From the IMG/VR virus record IMGVR_UViG_3300033149_007571, positions 1 through 64,000 of that record: DNA of 64,000 nt, one strand, 5' to 3'. The first letter of the stretch is position 1. Every line of letters starts with the position of its first letter. The notes below the pieces were generated by a model. That model was not told the DNA's origin and did no database searches. It saw nothing but the letters and a program-made list of their open reading frames with translations. This DNA comes from a virus. Shown one piece after another: positions 35,514-44,311 of the stretch. A program made the position numbers and the translations under genes.

Positions 35514-35801
35514 ATGACCGCTTTTTCTGAAGAAAGAAGCGGCGCTAACGGTATGCTTTCAGTTAAGGTGCCGCTGGACGAATTCATACGAGAGATGGCT
35601 CGTGAATGTACTCGCGTTTTTATTGAAGAGCACATAAAGACGTGCGTTGTCCATGAAGTGAAACAAGATGTTGAACGGAACAAGGATGAGATAAGCAACA
35701 TCAAGCTGCGGTTCGCGTGGCTCGTTGGAGCGATGATAGGGAGTGGCTTGTTGGGGGGAGGTGTGGCGAGTGCATTGGCATCAATTCTAGGTGGCAGGTA
35801 G
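35514..35801 (+). CDS. Coiled-coil plus C-terminal TM protein (holin/XhlA-like)
   Basis: Coiled coil followed by FAWLVGAMIGSGLLGGG. Confidence 0.55.
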   Translation: MTAFSEERSGANGMLSVKVPLDEFIREMARECTRVFIEEHIKTCVVHEVKQDVERNKDEISNIKLRFAWLVGAMIGSGLLGGGVASALASILGGR

Positions 35802-35863
35802 GTGTTTTGGGCCTATAACGGAATTGGCAATCGTCACGTATTAGATTGGGAAGGTGGTAGACA

Positions 35864-36055
35864 ATGATCAGGATTATAATCGCGACCAGGTCAAGCGGTT
35901 ATTACTCTTGGATATTGAGGCCGGTATCTCCAAAGGCTAATTGGTTGGAGGTGGCAAGTACCCGCGTCTATCGTAAAGCGTGCACAGCGGAGAACGCCGC
36001 TTTCCGGTTTGTTGATCGTCACAATTTCAAGGTCAAAGAGGTTATTCGACTCTGA
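35864..36055 (+). CDS. Hypothetical protein
   Basis: 63-aa ORF. Confidence 0.45.
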   Translation: MIRIIIATRSSGYYSWILRPVSPKANWLEVASTRVYRKACTAENAAFRFVDRHNFKVKEVIRL

Positions 36056-36182
36056 TTGACGTGGACACGAATCGTGATCATGACTAAGGAGGACAGGGGC
36101 AGTTTAGTTATTTGTGATTGCAATGGAAGTGCCAAAGCAGCTTCGGTTATTGCGGAGATGACGAGGTTGGGAGAAAGGCGTT

Positions 36183-39098
36183 ATGGCGTTCGTGTTAGCT
36201 GATCGCGTTCAAGAGACTTCAGCAACAACGGGAACAGGCACGTTTTCGTTGGCGGGGGCTGTGGTAGGCTATCAAGGATTCGTGGCAGGAATCGGTAGCG
36301 GGAATAGTACGTTTTACGTCATCCAGAATTTGGTTCACAGCGAATGGGAAGTGGGTATTGGGACCGTAACTGATGCTGCTACAGATACCCTGTCTCGCGA
36401 TGCGGTTTTAGCTTCTTCTAATGCTGGGGCAAAAGTCGACTTCTCGGCAGGGACAAAGCAAGTCTTCATTCCCGATCCTCCCGCATTGAGAGCCGTTTAT
36501 CGCTCGGCTGCTGCCTGGGTTAATTCGAGGGCTGTGATTACGGATGCAGTAGGAGCTTTGGCTACATCTGTTGTGACAACAACTGAATTGGGTTATTTGT
36601 CGGGAGCGACGTCCAATATCCAAAACCAGATCGATAACATCAGTTTAGATGCTATCTCCAACTTCGCTCAGGATCGCATTGCCGGTCGAGTGTCCGCAGG
36701 CAGCGGTGATAGCGAGGAGTTAACCCCCGCCCAGGTGATGGCGTTGCTTAGCAGCGAGGCTACAGCGGCATTTGATTTTAACGGGCAAAATGTGTCGGCA
36801 GGCGACTTCTACGTTCCTGATGGAGGCTTCGTAGGCGTGAGCGGTGCGGATGGATGGACGTTCGACAGTTCCAATGGAGACATCGGTACGACGAGTAATG
36901 TCGGAATCGGGACGACGGAGCCGAGCGAGAGGTTACATGTCTCAGACGGGGTGGCCGTATATGACCCCGACAGAAGTATAACTGATTTGCACCATTTGGT
37001 TGACAAAAAGTATGTAGACGAGGCGGTGACTGCGCTAGGGGCAAGGTACTACATGCTTGACACCGATTCCGGTGAAGAGGATTACAAAGACTGTTCGATT
37101 ACTCCGTCGGCTGGTGGGGAACAAAGCGTTAGCAAAGCGGGCTTGTCGGATGACGATTATGTGCAGGGTTGGATTGCTCCAAATGTCAATGAGCCAGACA
37201 AGTTAATAATTGGGGTATACAACTGGCGGGTCTACGCCGAGAAGACTGCCGGTACGAAAACGCTGAGGCTGTATTGGCGATTGGTTGAGCGGAAAAACGA
37301 TGATTCAGAGGTTGTTATTGGAACCTCGGTTGTCAGCAATGAGATAGTGTCTGGCAAAAACTCATACATCATTCCGCTGACTTTGTCAGCGGACTACGAC
37401 ATAGCAAGCGATAGCTATGTTGTTGGAAAGATGTATGCTAACGTGTCCGGTTCGGGTAATGACCCGAGCGTTACTTTGTACTATGAAGGTGATTCTGATT
37501 CTCATTGGGAAATTCCTGTCAACTTGGAAATACTTGACGATATTTATATTCGCCAAGGCAGCGATGCAACGCTCGGTGATATTGTTACCCTTCACAATAC
37601 CACTCACGAAGACGCGGATGATGGGCGCAAAAGCGAGATACGGTTCAAAGGTGAGCAAAGCGGTGGTGAGATATCAACGTTAGCTAAGGTAGTAGTTGCG
37701 CACGATGGAGCGGCTGACGATGAGAAGGGCAAAATCACGTTGCTTGTCAATGATGGCAACGATGGAGATAGCCCGAGCAAGGAATGGGAATTCAACAGTG
37801 CTGGTAAGTTTATTGCTTCTGGTATAATACAAGGCAATCAGTTAAGTGTTCAAGGGAGTTCAATTTTTGTTATTCAGCAGGAGTCTAAGTGGATATCCTT
37901 CTATCATCCAGCTTTCAACAATACCAAAGGGTTTATTTTCCGCAGCTACACTCCCGATCGGTCAAGGATAACGATGGGACCAGGAGCATATAGCCAGCTT
38001 GGTCTTACAGCCAATCTTGATCAAAATGATGTGTTGATTGAAAGAGATGTCGATGGTGGTGGGTCTTATTCTGAGGCGGGATCTTTGCTCAAGTTGTACA
38101 GGGATGTAACCAATGTCACAAGTGAGGCAGGACACTTCCTCGAATGTGAAGACGAAGCTAACGGGGTGGAGTTGTGTGTTGACCGTCTCGGGAACCTCAT
38201 CCTTGGAGGCACGTCAGTAGGAGCAAACGGAGACACAATCATTACGCTCAACAACGGGACGGCGCCGGGAGCGTTGGCTAACACGGCGAGCTTCGTAGCC
38301 CTTGCAGGAGAGATGTGGGGGTACGACAGCGGAGGAGCAGGTAGTCTCCTGACCTGTCACGCCACAGATGCTCCTAGTTATTTGTATGTAGGCCCCGGCC
38401 CCGGTTTGGAGTGGATGGACAAACGCATGGTCCCATACGGCGAAGGAAGGGTGGTGTTTACCAACGCTAAAGGGGAGTTCTCGGTTGAGACCTATGCCCA
38501 GTACAACAAAAGGAGGAGGGCTGAGAACCCAAACCATGTTGATTTAAGGACAGTGGATTGGGATGAGGAGCAAGAATCGATTCGGTTGAAGACTATCGAA
38601 GCTCAACAGAATTGGGACAAAGTGCAGGAAGCGCAGGAGCGCCTTCACAAAGAGGTACAGGAACATTGGGATATTGAAGACAGGAAGAAGAGGGAAGAGC
38701 ACAGGCGGAAGTGGTTGAAGTGGGTTCAGTTTCATGAGCGTCGGAGGGACGAAAGGAAGCGGGAGCAGGAAGAGGCAAGGCGGCGTAATGAAGAGGGAGA
38801 GAAGAGGGCGACCCAAAGGAGGTTGGAGTGGTTGAAGGAAGTGGATAAGTGGAGGGAAAGCGTGCAGAGGTGGAAGCGGTTGCCTTGGTGTTTGAGGGGG
38901 GATTTGCCTCTGTTCACAGAGAGGAAGCCTGCGGAATACACTCCTGTTGAGATCCCCCAAGATTATGTCATGCCGGATACGACTTTACCTGATTATGAGA
39001 ATGACGAGGAACGTCCACCTGACTATGTTCGACCGAATACTCGTCCTCCTGACTACGTGAAACAAGAGAAGCCTGTTTGGTTGAGGAACATGAAATAA
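36183..39098 (+). CDS. Large fibre/spike-like virion protein
   Basis: N-terminus ADRVQETSATTGTGT..WEVGIGT, TTTELGYLSG, NVGIGTTEP...LHV fibre motifs; charged C-terminal extension. Confidence 0.75.
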   Translation: MAFVLADRVQETSATTGTGTFSLAGAVVGYQGFVAGIGSGNSTFYVIQNLVHSEWEVGIGTVTDAATDTLSRDAVLASSNAGAKVDFSAGTKQVFIPDPPALRAVYRSAAAWVNSRAVITDAVGALATSVVTTTELGYLSGATSNIQNQIDNISLDAISNFAQDRIAGRVSAGSGDSEELTPAQVMALLSSEATAAFDFNGQNVSAGDFYVPDGGFVGVSGADGWTFDSSNGDIGTTSNVGIGTTEPSERLHVSDGVAVYDPDRSITDLHHLVDKKYVDEAVTALGARYYMLDTDSGEEDYKDCSITPSAGGEQSVSKAGLSDDDYVQGWIAPNVNEPDKLIIGVYNWRVYAEKTAGTKTLRLYWRLVERKNDDSEVVIGTSVVSNEIVSGKNSYIIPLTLSADYDIASDSYVVGKMYANVSGSGNDPSVTLYYEGDSDSHWEIPVNLEILDDIYIRQGSDATLGDIVTLHNTTHEDADDGRKSEIRFKGEQSGGEISTLAKVVVAHDGAADDEKGKITLLVNDGNDGDSPSKEWEFNSAGKFIASGIIQGNQLSVQGSSIFVIQQESKWISFYHPAFNNTKGFIFRSYTPDRSRITMGPGAYSQLGLTANLDQNDVLIERDVDGGGSYSEAGSLLKLYRDVTNVTSEAGHFLECEDEANGVELCVDRLGNLILGGTSVGANGDTIITLNNGTAPGALANTASFVALAGEMWGYDSGGAGSLLTCHATDAPSYLYVGPGPGLEWMDKRMVPYGEGRVVFTNAKGEFSVETYAQYNKRRRAENPNHVDLRTVDWDEEQESIRLKTIEAQQNWDKVQEAQERLHKEVQEHWDIEDRKKREEHRRKWLKWVQFHERRRDERKREQEEARRRNEEGEKRATQRRLEWLKEVDKWRESVQRWKRLPWCLRGDLPLFTERKPAEYTPVEIPQDYVMPDTTLPDYENDEERPPDYVRPNTRPPDYVKQEKPVWLRNMK

Positions 39099-39110
39099 GA
39101 GAGGGATAGT

Positions 39111-39557
39111 ATGGCAATTCTGCAACCCGAACGAGACATTCCGTTGGAATTGATCACCGATCCGCCGATCGAAGGGACGGTCAAAAAGGATTTATTGACG
39201 CGGACCTTCCGGTTAGAGTTTCCTCATCCTTCTGAGAAGAATCACGTCATTGTAATTCAATCGCACGTAGGAGGAGCCAACAAAAGGCCCGTGAAGCAGG
39301 TAGCGATTCACTTCACTGGGGAAAGGCAGCCAGGAAAGCCGGAAGAAGATGTGAAAGACCCTGTGACAGGCGAGGTAGTAGTTTCCGCTAACAGTATTCA
39401 AACTCCCCTTCCGAGCGTTGCCGATCTGCACAAGATGCGTCTTCCAAAACCGGTGAAGGTGGAGACCTACGGAGATCTATTCAATGTGACAAGACGGGCT
39501 ATTTATTTGCTCCTTCCCAAGATTCGTCCCCATTTGAAGGGAGGGCAAGAAGTATGA
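39111..39557 (+). CDS. Hypothetical protein (possible fibre chaperone)
   Basis: Directly follows the fibre-like gene. Confidence 0.6.
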   Translation: MAILQPERDIPLELITDPPIEGTVKKDLLTRTFRLEFPHPSEKNHVIVIQSHVGGANKRPVKQVAIHFTGERQPGKPEEDVKDPVTGEVVVSANSIQTPLPSVADLHKMRLPKPVKVETYGDLFNVTRRAIYLLLPKIRPHLKGGQEV

Positions 39558-39739
39558 TTAGTGGCTCTCCGATGTGCTCTTTGCCAATGAGTTCATTATC
39601 TCGTCGCTCGCGACATCCTGCTTCGAAGACGGTGACAGTTAGCGGTCCGGCTTTTACAACGATCACTGCCAGAGGGCCAGCATCGAAAACGGTAACTGTT
39701 TCCGGTCCTGCTAGTGCAACAGTTTCGAGGGCGACATGA
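39554..39739 (+). CDS. Small protein with PASKTVTVSGPA repeats
   Basis: Overlapping start/stop with both neighbours; internal repeat. Confidence 0.55.
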   Translation: MISGSPMCSLPMSSLSRRSRHPASKTVTVSGPAFTTITARGPASKTVTVSGPASATVSRAT

Positions 39740-40077
39740 GTCTGATTGTCTTAGAACAAGGTCTCGGTAAGACGATCAACATCGTGATAGTTGATGCTGA
39801 TGGTGCGATTATTACTCCTGGCGCATCGGACTTGGTAAGGATAAGGATAGGTCGAACAGGTCAAGATGATGTATTTACACTGACAAGCGGTTCTCCGACA
39901 GCGGCAGGAAGTCAGATCACTCCAGGGGGGACGAACGTTGTCCGCTTTGACGCTGAGGATTTGGCGAATATTGATCCAGGCGTTTATACAATGTGGGTGG
40001 AGTATTACGACGCTGCCGATGCATTGGAGTGGAAACTTGTGGAAGCGCAGGTTGTTCATATCAAAGCGATAGGATGA
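39736..40077 (+). CDS. Beta-sandwich structural protein (BppU N-terminal-like)
   Basis: Beta-rich, IDPGVY..WVE pattern. Confidence 0.55.
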   Translation: MSLIVLEQGLGKTINIVIVDADGAIITPGASDLVRIRIGRTGQDDVFTLTSGSPTAAGSQITPGGTNVVRFDAEDLANIDPGVYTMWVEYYDAADALEWKLVEAQVVHIKAIG

Positions 40078-40081
40078 CTCT

Positions 40082-40885
40082 ATGGGAACCATAGCTGATT
40101 TGTCGGAAGTGCTTTTGGAACTCGGATTGTCTGCTTCATGTTCTGATGAGGAAAGGGCGATATCCGATGTTGCGTTGAGGCGGGCTGAAGGTGCCGTCAA
40201 GCGGTTTCTCGGTTATGACCCAGTGTTGAAGAGCAGGACGGAATACTACCCTCGACGAGATTATAATTATGGTAATGCTGTGCATGTATGGGAGGCAACC
40301 TCGTCGGAGGCGTATGTTCGTCGGTTGGCCGAAGGCAGTACGAATGAGTTACAGGTTCAGCATATACCAATTCGGGAAGTACCTGCGATTGAATTGCGAA
40401 TCGATTACGATGGGAGAGGGGGAGCCAACCCAACAGCCTTCAGCGACGCTAATACATTGAAAGTGGAGGGAACAGACTTTTGGCCCAGTTACGACAAGCA
40501 CGATAGTAACGGGAATGGTGTGTGTTCTGATGGGATCATTCGTAGTGTTGGGTTATGGCCCACAACTTTTGGTTCAGTTCGGATAATATACACGGCAGGG
40601 TATTCCAATGCCGAACTACACGGGGAAGATAGTATCATTGATGCAAGCCCAATTCTTGAGGCTGTGGTTGAGGAGGCCAAGCGTCGGGCTGAGCAGATAT
40701 TCGTGAGGAAGAAATCGACCATCGGTTTCGTTGCTGGGTTGAAGAGTACAGAGAGGCTTGGTGATTATAGTTATTCGATAGACACAGCATTAGCATCCAA
40801 ATTGTATGGAAACGTGAAAGACCTGACTGACCAATCGAAGATGATGCTTGAGGAATTTGTCAATAGGGGATGGGCATTTTCATGA
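40082..40885 (+). CDS. Head-tail adaptor (gp15/gp6-like)
   Basis: AE..VKRFLG, IIYTAGY, KSTERLGDYSYS motifs. Confidence 0.78.
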   Translation: MGTIADLSEVLLELGLSASCSDEERAISDVALRRAEGAVKRFLGYDPVLKSRTEYYPRRDYNYGNAVHVWEATSSEAYVRRLAEGSTNELQVQHIPIREVPAIELRIDYDGRGGANPTAFSDANTLKVEGTDFWPSYDKHDSNGNGVCSDGIIRSVGLWPTTFGSVRIIYTAGYSNAELHGEDSIIDASPILEAVVEEAKRRAEQIFVRKKSTIGFVAGLKSTERLGDYSYSIDTALASKLYGNVKDLTDQSKMMLEEFVNRGWAFS

Positions 40886-41253
40886 GCCTTCTCGATAACT
40901 TGCCGGATCTGTGTACGATCAGCCGTCGCGTGCGAGAGAAGGATGCACTTGGGGGGAGCAAAGATACATCCACTATTGAGCAGACAAATGTTGCTTGTTG
41001 GGAGCAACAGGCTTCTGCCTCTGAGTCGGCTGAATACCAGAAAAGGGGGATGTTGTTGCGGAGTAAAATATACTTTGCATTGAATCCACAAGTAACGAGG
41101 AGGCATCAAATAACCGTAACAAGTCGCGATGGGACAGTGTTGTCAACGACTACAACATGGAACGTTCTGGATTCGCCATCTCCAGACGTGTCTGTGGGTC
41201 GAGGTTTGTTGTGGCGTGTGATGGTTGGTTTCAATTTGGGACAAGATGATTGA
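40882..41253 (+). CDS. Head closure/stopper protein
   Basis: CTISR...DALGG, NVAC..Q; follows the adaptor. Confidence 0.7.
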   Translation: MSLLDNLPDLCTISRRVREKDALGGSKDTSTIEQTNVACWEQQASASESAEYQKRGMLLRSKIYFALNPQVTRRHQITVTSRDGTVLSTTTTWNVLDSPSPDVSVGRGLLWRVMVGFNLGQDD

Positions 41254-41291
41254 GTGGACTTGCACTTATTGGAAGAGGATAGGAGGACGAT

Positions 41292-42188
41292 ATGTACGTC
41301 TACCGATCGATGATTAGTATGGTGTTCGTGGTTGGTTTGTTTGTTGTTTGTTCTGTTGGGATTCCGGCTGCCGAGCCCAACCCATCACTCGATGAGACTG
41401 GGACTGCTGTTGACCCTGACGTCCAAGCCTACTTTTCGGAGAGCGATGGCCAGAGGAAAAGCGAAATCGAGATGATAGGAGAGTATTGCAGGGAAAGTTG
41501 TGGTACATGGACGAAGAAGACTAAAAAGTACATTGAAGATTTACAGTCTGCCATAGCCTATCGTCCAAATTTGGAAGCTCGGTTGAATAGTGTTGGTCAT
41601 CTGCTCGAACCGATAAGGATTATCCAACGGATCGATGACGCTTCGGGTCTTGTGGAGGCTCACTTCTATAACGGCATCTGGAATCAGATCCGGGGTACGT
41701 GCGATCCGGTGGTGGTTTATCGTGTGTTGGAAGCACGCACTATACTCTTGAGAAACGTGAACTTCAAATCGCATGCGGACGGAGATGATCTTGATGCAGC
41801 CGATCTGATTTTGAAAGTTGTGGGGACGACAAAGTATTCCACGGCTTTGGGAAGCTCGAAGACAGTATATGTGGTGCAGCCTGTGTCTGACGAAATTGAA
41901 GGTGCTATTGTCAAGGAGTTGACCAAGAGGAAGGAATTGCGGAAGCAAAAGTTAGAACAGGAGCAGAAGAAGCCACCGACCAAAGCTTCCTCATATACGC
42001 TCCGAACGTGGACGGACTCAACGGGTAAGTACACAGTGGAGGCGAAGTTTCGTGGTGTGATTGCTGGTATGGTTCGGTTGGAAAAGGCAGACGGTCAGAA
42101 GATTACTCTTCCAATGGGGAAGCTCAGCAAGGAAGACCAAGAATGGATTCACGATCCTTCAAAACGTAAACCCAATGGGGACGGATAG
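41292..42188 (+). CDS. Exported protein with C-terminal SHD1 domain
   Basis: Signal peptide; RTWTDSTGKYTVEAKF...VRLEKADG..ITLP..KLSKEDQEWI is the SHD1 pattern. Confidence 0.85.
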   Translation: MYVYRSMISMVFVVGLFVVCSVGIPAAEPNPSLDETGTAVDPDVQAYFSESDGQRKSEIEMIGEYCRESCGTWTKKTKKYIEDLQSAIAYRPNLEARLNSVGHLLEPIRIIQRIDDASGLVEAHFYNGIWNQIRGTCDPVVVYRVLEARTILLRNVNFKSHADGDDLDAADLILKVVGTTKYSTALGSSKTVYVVQPVSDEIEGAIVKELTKRKELRKQKLEQEQKKPPTKASSYTLRTWTDSTGKYTVEAKFRGVIAGMVRLEKADGQKITLPMGKLSKEDQEWIHDPSKRKPNGDG

Positions 42189-42192
42189 CGTT

Positions 42193-42516
42193 ATGAGGAT
42201 AATATGTAAGTCAATGGATGCGTTCATTGCCAACTTGCAAAACGCAGAGGTTTTCCAAAAGAAGGTATGGTTGGAACGATCATATCGTTGGGTCCATGAG
42301 CATAAAAGGATGGTAAACATACAGGCGTCGGCTGTGATAATTTTTTCAAATGAAGCAGAAGCATTGTTGCAATTCGGAATGGATTGCGGTGTTGATCTCC
42401 TTGACGGGAGACCTGACGAAAAAGGTACCTTGGCAGCCGATAAAGCAAGCAAGTTGTTATCAGATTATTGCCTCGAGAATAACCTGACGATTTGTCCTGG
42501 ATTTGTGGAGGTATAG
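42193..42516 (+). CDS. Hypothetical protein
   Basis: Start chosen after the SHD1 gene stop. Confidence 0.55.
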   Translation: MRIICKSMDAFIANLQNAEVFQKKVWLERSYRWVHEHKRMVNIQASAVIIFSNEAEALLQFGMDCGVDLLDGRPDEKGTLAADKASKLLSDYCLENNLTICPGFVEV

Positions 42517-42823
42517 AGGATTGAATCTTCATGATGCAAAGTACAAAATAAATGGTCGGTTTTGGAAGCTCCGCTTCGTTCGGTTAAGAGGGAAAAGCAG
42601 CGGATGGTGCTATGGACCGGAAGCCGAGAACCCTTGCCGAATTTTGATCCATCGCGGTCGCAAAGGCCGACGAAGCGCCAAGCGTTTGATGGGGGATTTG
42701 ATTCATGAGGTATTACATGCTGCGTGTCCCCAGTTGTCTCATGATGCTGTGGAGGAGGTCGATGAGGTGCTGAGTCGGATATTGTGGGATCAGGGGTTTC
42801 GCTATCCTACCGATAGAGTGTGA
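42503..42823 (+). CDS. Small HExxH metallopeptidase-like protein
   Basis: GWC, LIHEVLHA, H..VEE. Confidence 0.7.
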   Translation: MWRYRGLNLHDAKYKINGRFWKLRFVRLRGKSSGWCYGPEAENPCRILIHRGRKGRRSAKRLMGDLIHEVLHAACPQLSHDAVEEVDEVLSRILWDQGFRYPTDRV

Positions 42824-42832
42824 GGAATAAAA

Positions 42833-43339
42833 ATGGTGCATCCAAGCGTAAGTGATGAGGAGTTGATCAAGACATTGAGAGAGTACGAGAAGTGTGGTAA
42901 TAGTGCAACAAAAGCGGCCATTCGTCTTGGGATTGACCGAACTACTGTAGGCCGTCGGTTGCGTTTGGCAAGGGAGAGGAAATTGGTGAAGGGGTCTGAG
43001 AAGAACCTTTTTAAGAGAACGAGAAGGATCAAAGCCAAACAGCAGAAGAAAACGGTCGTCTCACTAGATGACTTTCGTTCACAGTTCGATAGTTATACAA
43101 GGACAAGAGAAGCTATTCAGCGAGGTTTGGAGCAACTCGAAGAAAATTCTGTCGTTCGGGACACGGACTTCCGCCAGGAGTTCTGTGGTTTGGCTCCAGC
43201 AAACGGATGGAGACAAGTTGCCGAGGAAGAACAATTCCGTAAGTATCAATTCCTTTGCGGGGGCAAAATTTGGTGGGGTACACCCAACACAGTGAAGAAA
43301 GCGATCAATATGGTATCGAAGGCAAAGGAGTTGATATGA
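42833..43339 (+). CDS. HTH protein
   Basis: GNSATKAAIRLGIDRTTVGRRL. Confidence 0.75.
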   Translation: MVHPSVSDEELIKTLREYEKCGNSATKAAIRLGIDRTTVGRRLRLARERKLVKGSEKNLFKRTRRIKAKQQKKTVVSLDDFRSQFDSYTRTREAIQRGLEQLEENSVVRDTDFRQEFCGLAPANGWRQVAEEEQFRKYQFLCGGKIWWGTPNTVKKAINMVSKAKELI

Positions 43340-43938
43340 AGTTCATTGGGGAGCATCCTCATGGTCCAACTGTTATTAACACTTACACGGGGAAGTGGAT
43401 GGATATCGCTCATCCGAAAGCAGAGTCCATTGACTTTCGCGACATTGCCCACGCTTTGTCGAACATCTGTCGGTTCGTTGGCCATACAAGTCGTTTCTAC
43501 AGTGTAGCGGAGCATTCGATTCATTGCCACGATGTTGCTGTGAGTCTTGTGGGCTGCCGATGTCCGGTCACGGCTGCCGTGTTGTTGCATGATGCTGCCG
43601 AAGCCTATATGCACGATTTGTGTCGAGCTGTCAAATACCAGAAGGAGATGGTTGGTTATCGTGTCCAACTTGATGCTTTGCAAGAGTTGATCGAGCGAAC
43701 AGCATCAGAGGATATTGCCAACGCAAAGATAGCCCATAGATCATTTATCAAATTCGTCGATAATGGTTTGTTGGAATTGGAAGCCTCGCGATTGTTTTCT
43801 CGAACCAAAGGGGCTAGTTGGAATTGGAACGGGCAGCTTCCTGCCAAAGTTTCATGGCTGTCTTGGTGGTGGTATAACTTGCCGGGCAATGCAGAGAGGG
43901 GGTTTTTAGCGCGGTTGCGTACATATGGAATCATTTGA
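43336..43938 (+). CDS. HD-domain 5'-deoxynucleotidase (YfbR/YfdR-like)
   Basis: DIAHALSNICRF.GH..FYSVAEHS, LLHDAAEAY. Confidence 0.9.
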   Translation: MKFIGEHPHGPTVINTYTGKWMDIAHPKAESIDFRDIAHALSNICRFVGHTSRFYSVAEHSIHCHDVAVSLVGCRCPVTAAVLLHDAAEAYMHDLCRAVKYQKEMVGYRVQLDALQELIERTASEDIANAKIAHRSFIKFVDNGLLELEASRLFSRTKGASWNWNGQLPAKVSWLSWWWYNLPGNAERGFLARLRTYGII

Positions 43939-43951
43939 TGGAGAAGGTGCA

Positions 43952-44311
43952 ATGAAGAGCGCAGAGGAACATTATTGGGAAGCCCACGAAGAGATTAAGG
44001 CTTTGCACAAGAAGAAGGGGGCTGACTATGGAACGCAAAATGATCCATTCAATAATTTGCGAGCGGCGGAAACGTTTGGGATTCCTAGCTACATTGGTGT
44101 AATGCTTCGGATGGAAGACAAGATGAGTCGTTTGAGGGCATTCGTTCGTAATGGAAGTTTGAAGAATGAATCTGTTGAGGACACCTTGTTAGATTTAGCT
44201 AACTATTCGATATTGGCGTTGGCGTTGTATCGAGAGAGTGTGGAGGTAGAGCATGACCAAAACACAGAAGGAGGAGGCGCAAGTGAGGCGAAAGCCAGGG
44301 ACGTCCCTTAG
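43952..44311 (+). CDS. DUF1599/nucleotide-modification-associated domain protein
   Basis: KKGADYG..DPF.N, RMEDK.SRL, ESVEDTLLDLANY. Confidence 0.85.
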   Translation: MKSAEEHYWEAHEEIKALHKKKGADYGTQNDPFNNLRAAETFGIPSYIGVMLRMEDKMSRLRAFVRNGSLKNESVEDTLLDLANYSILALALYRESVEVEHDQNTEGGGASEAKARDVP

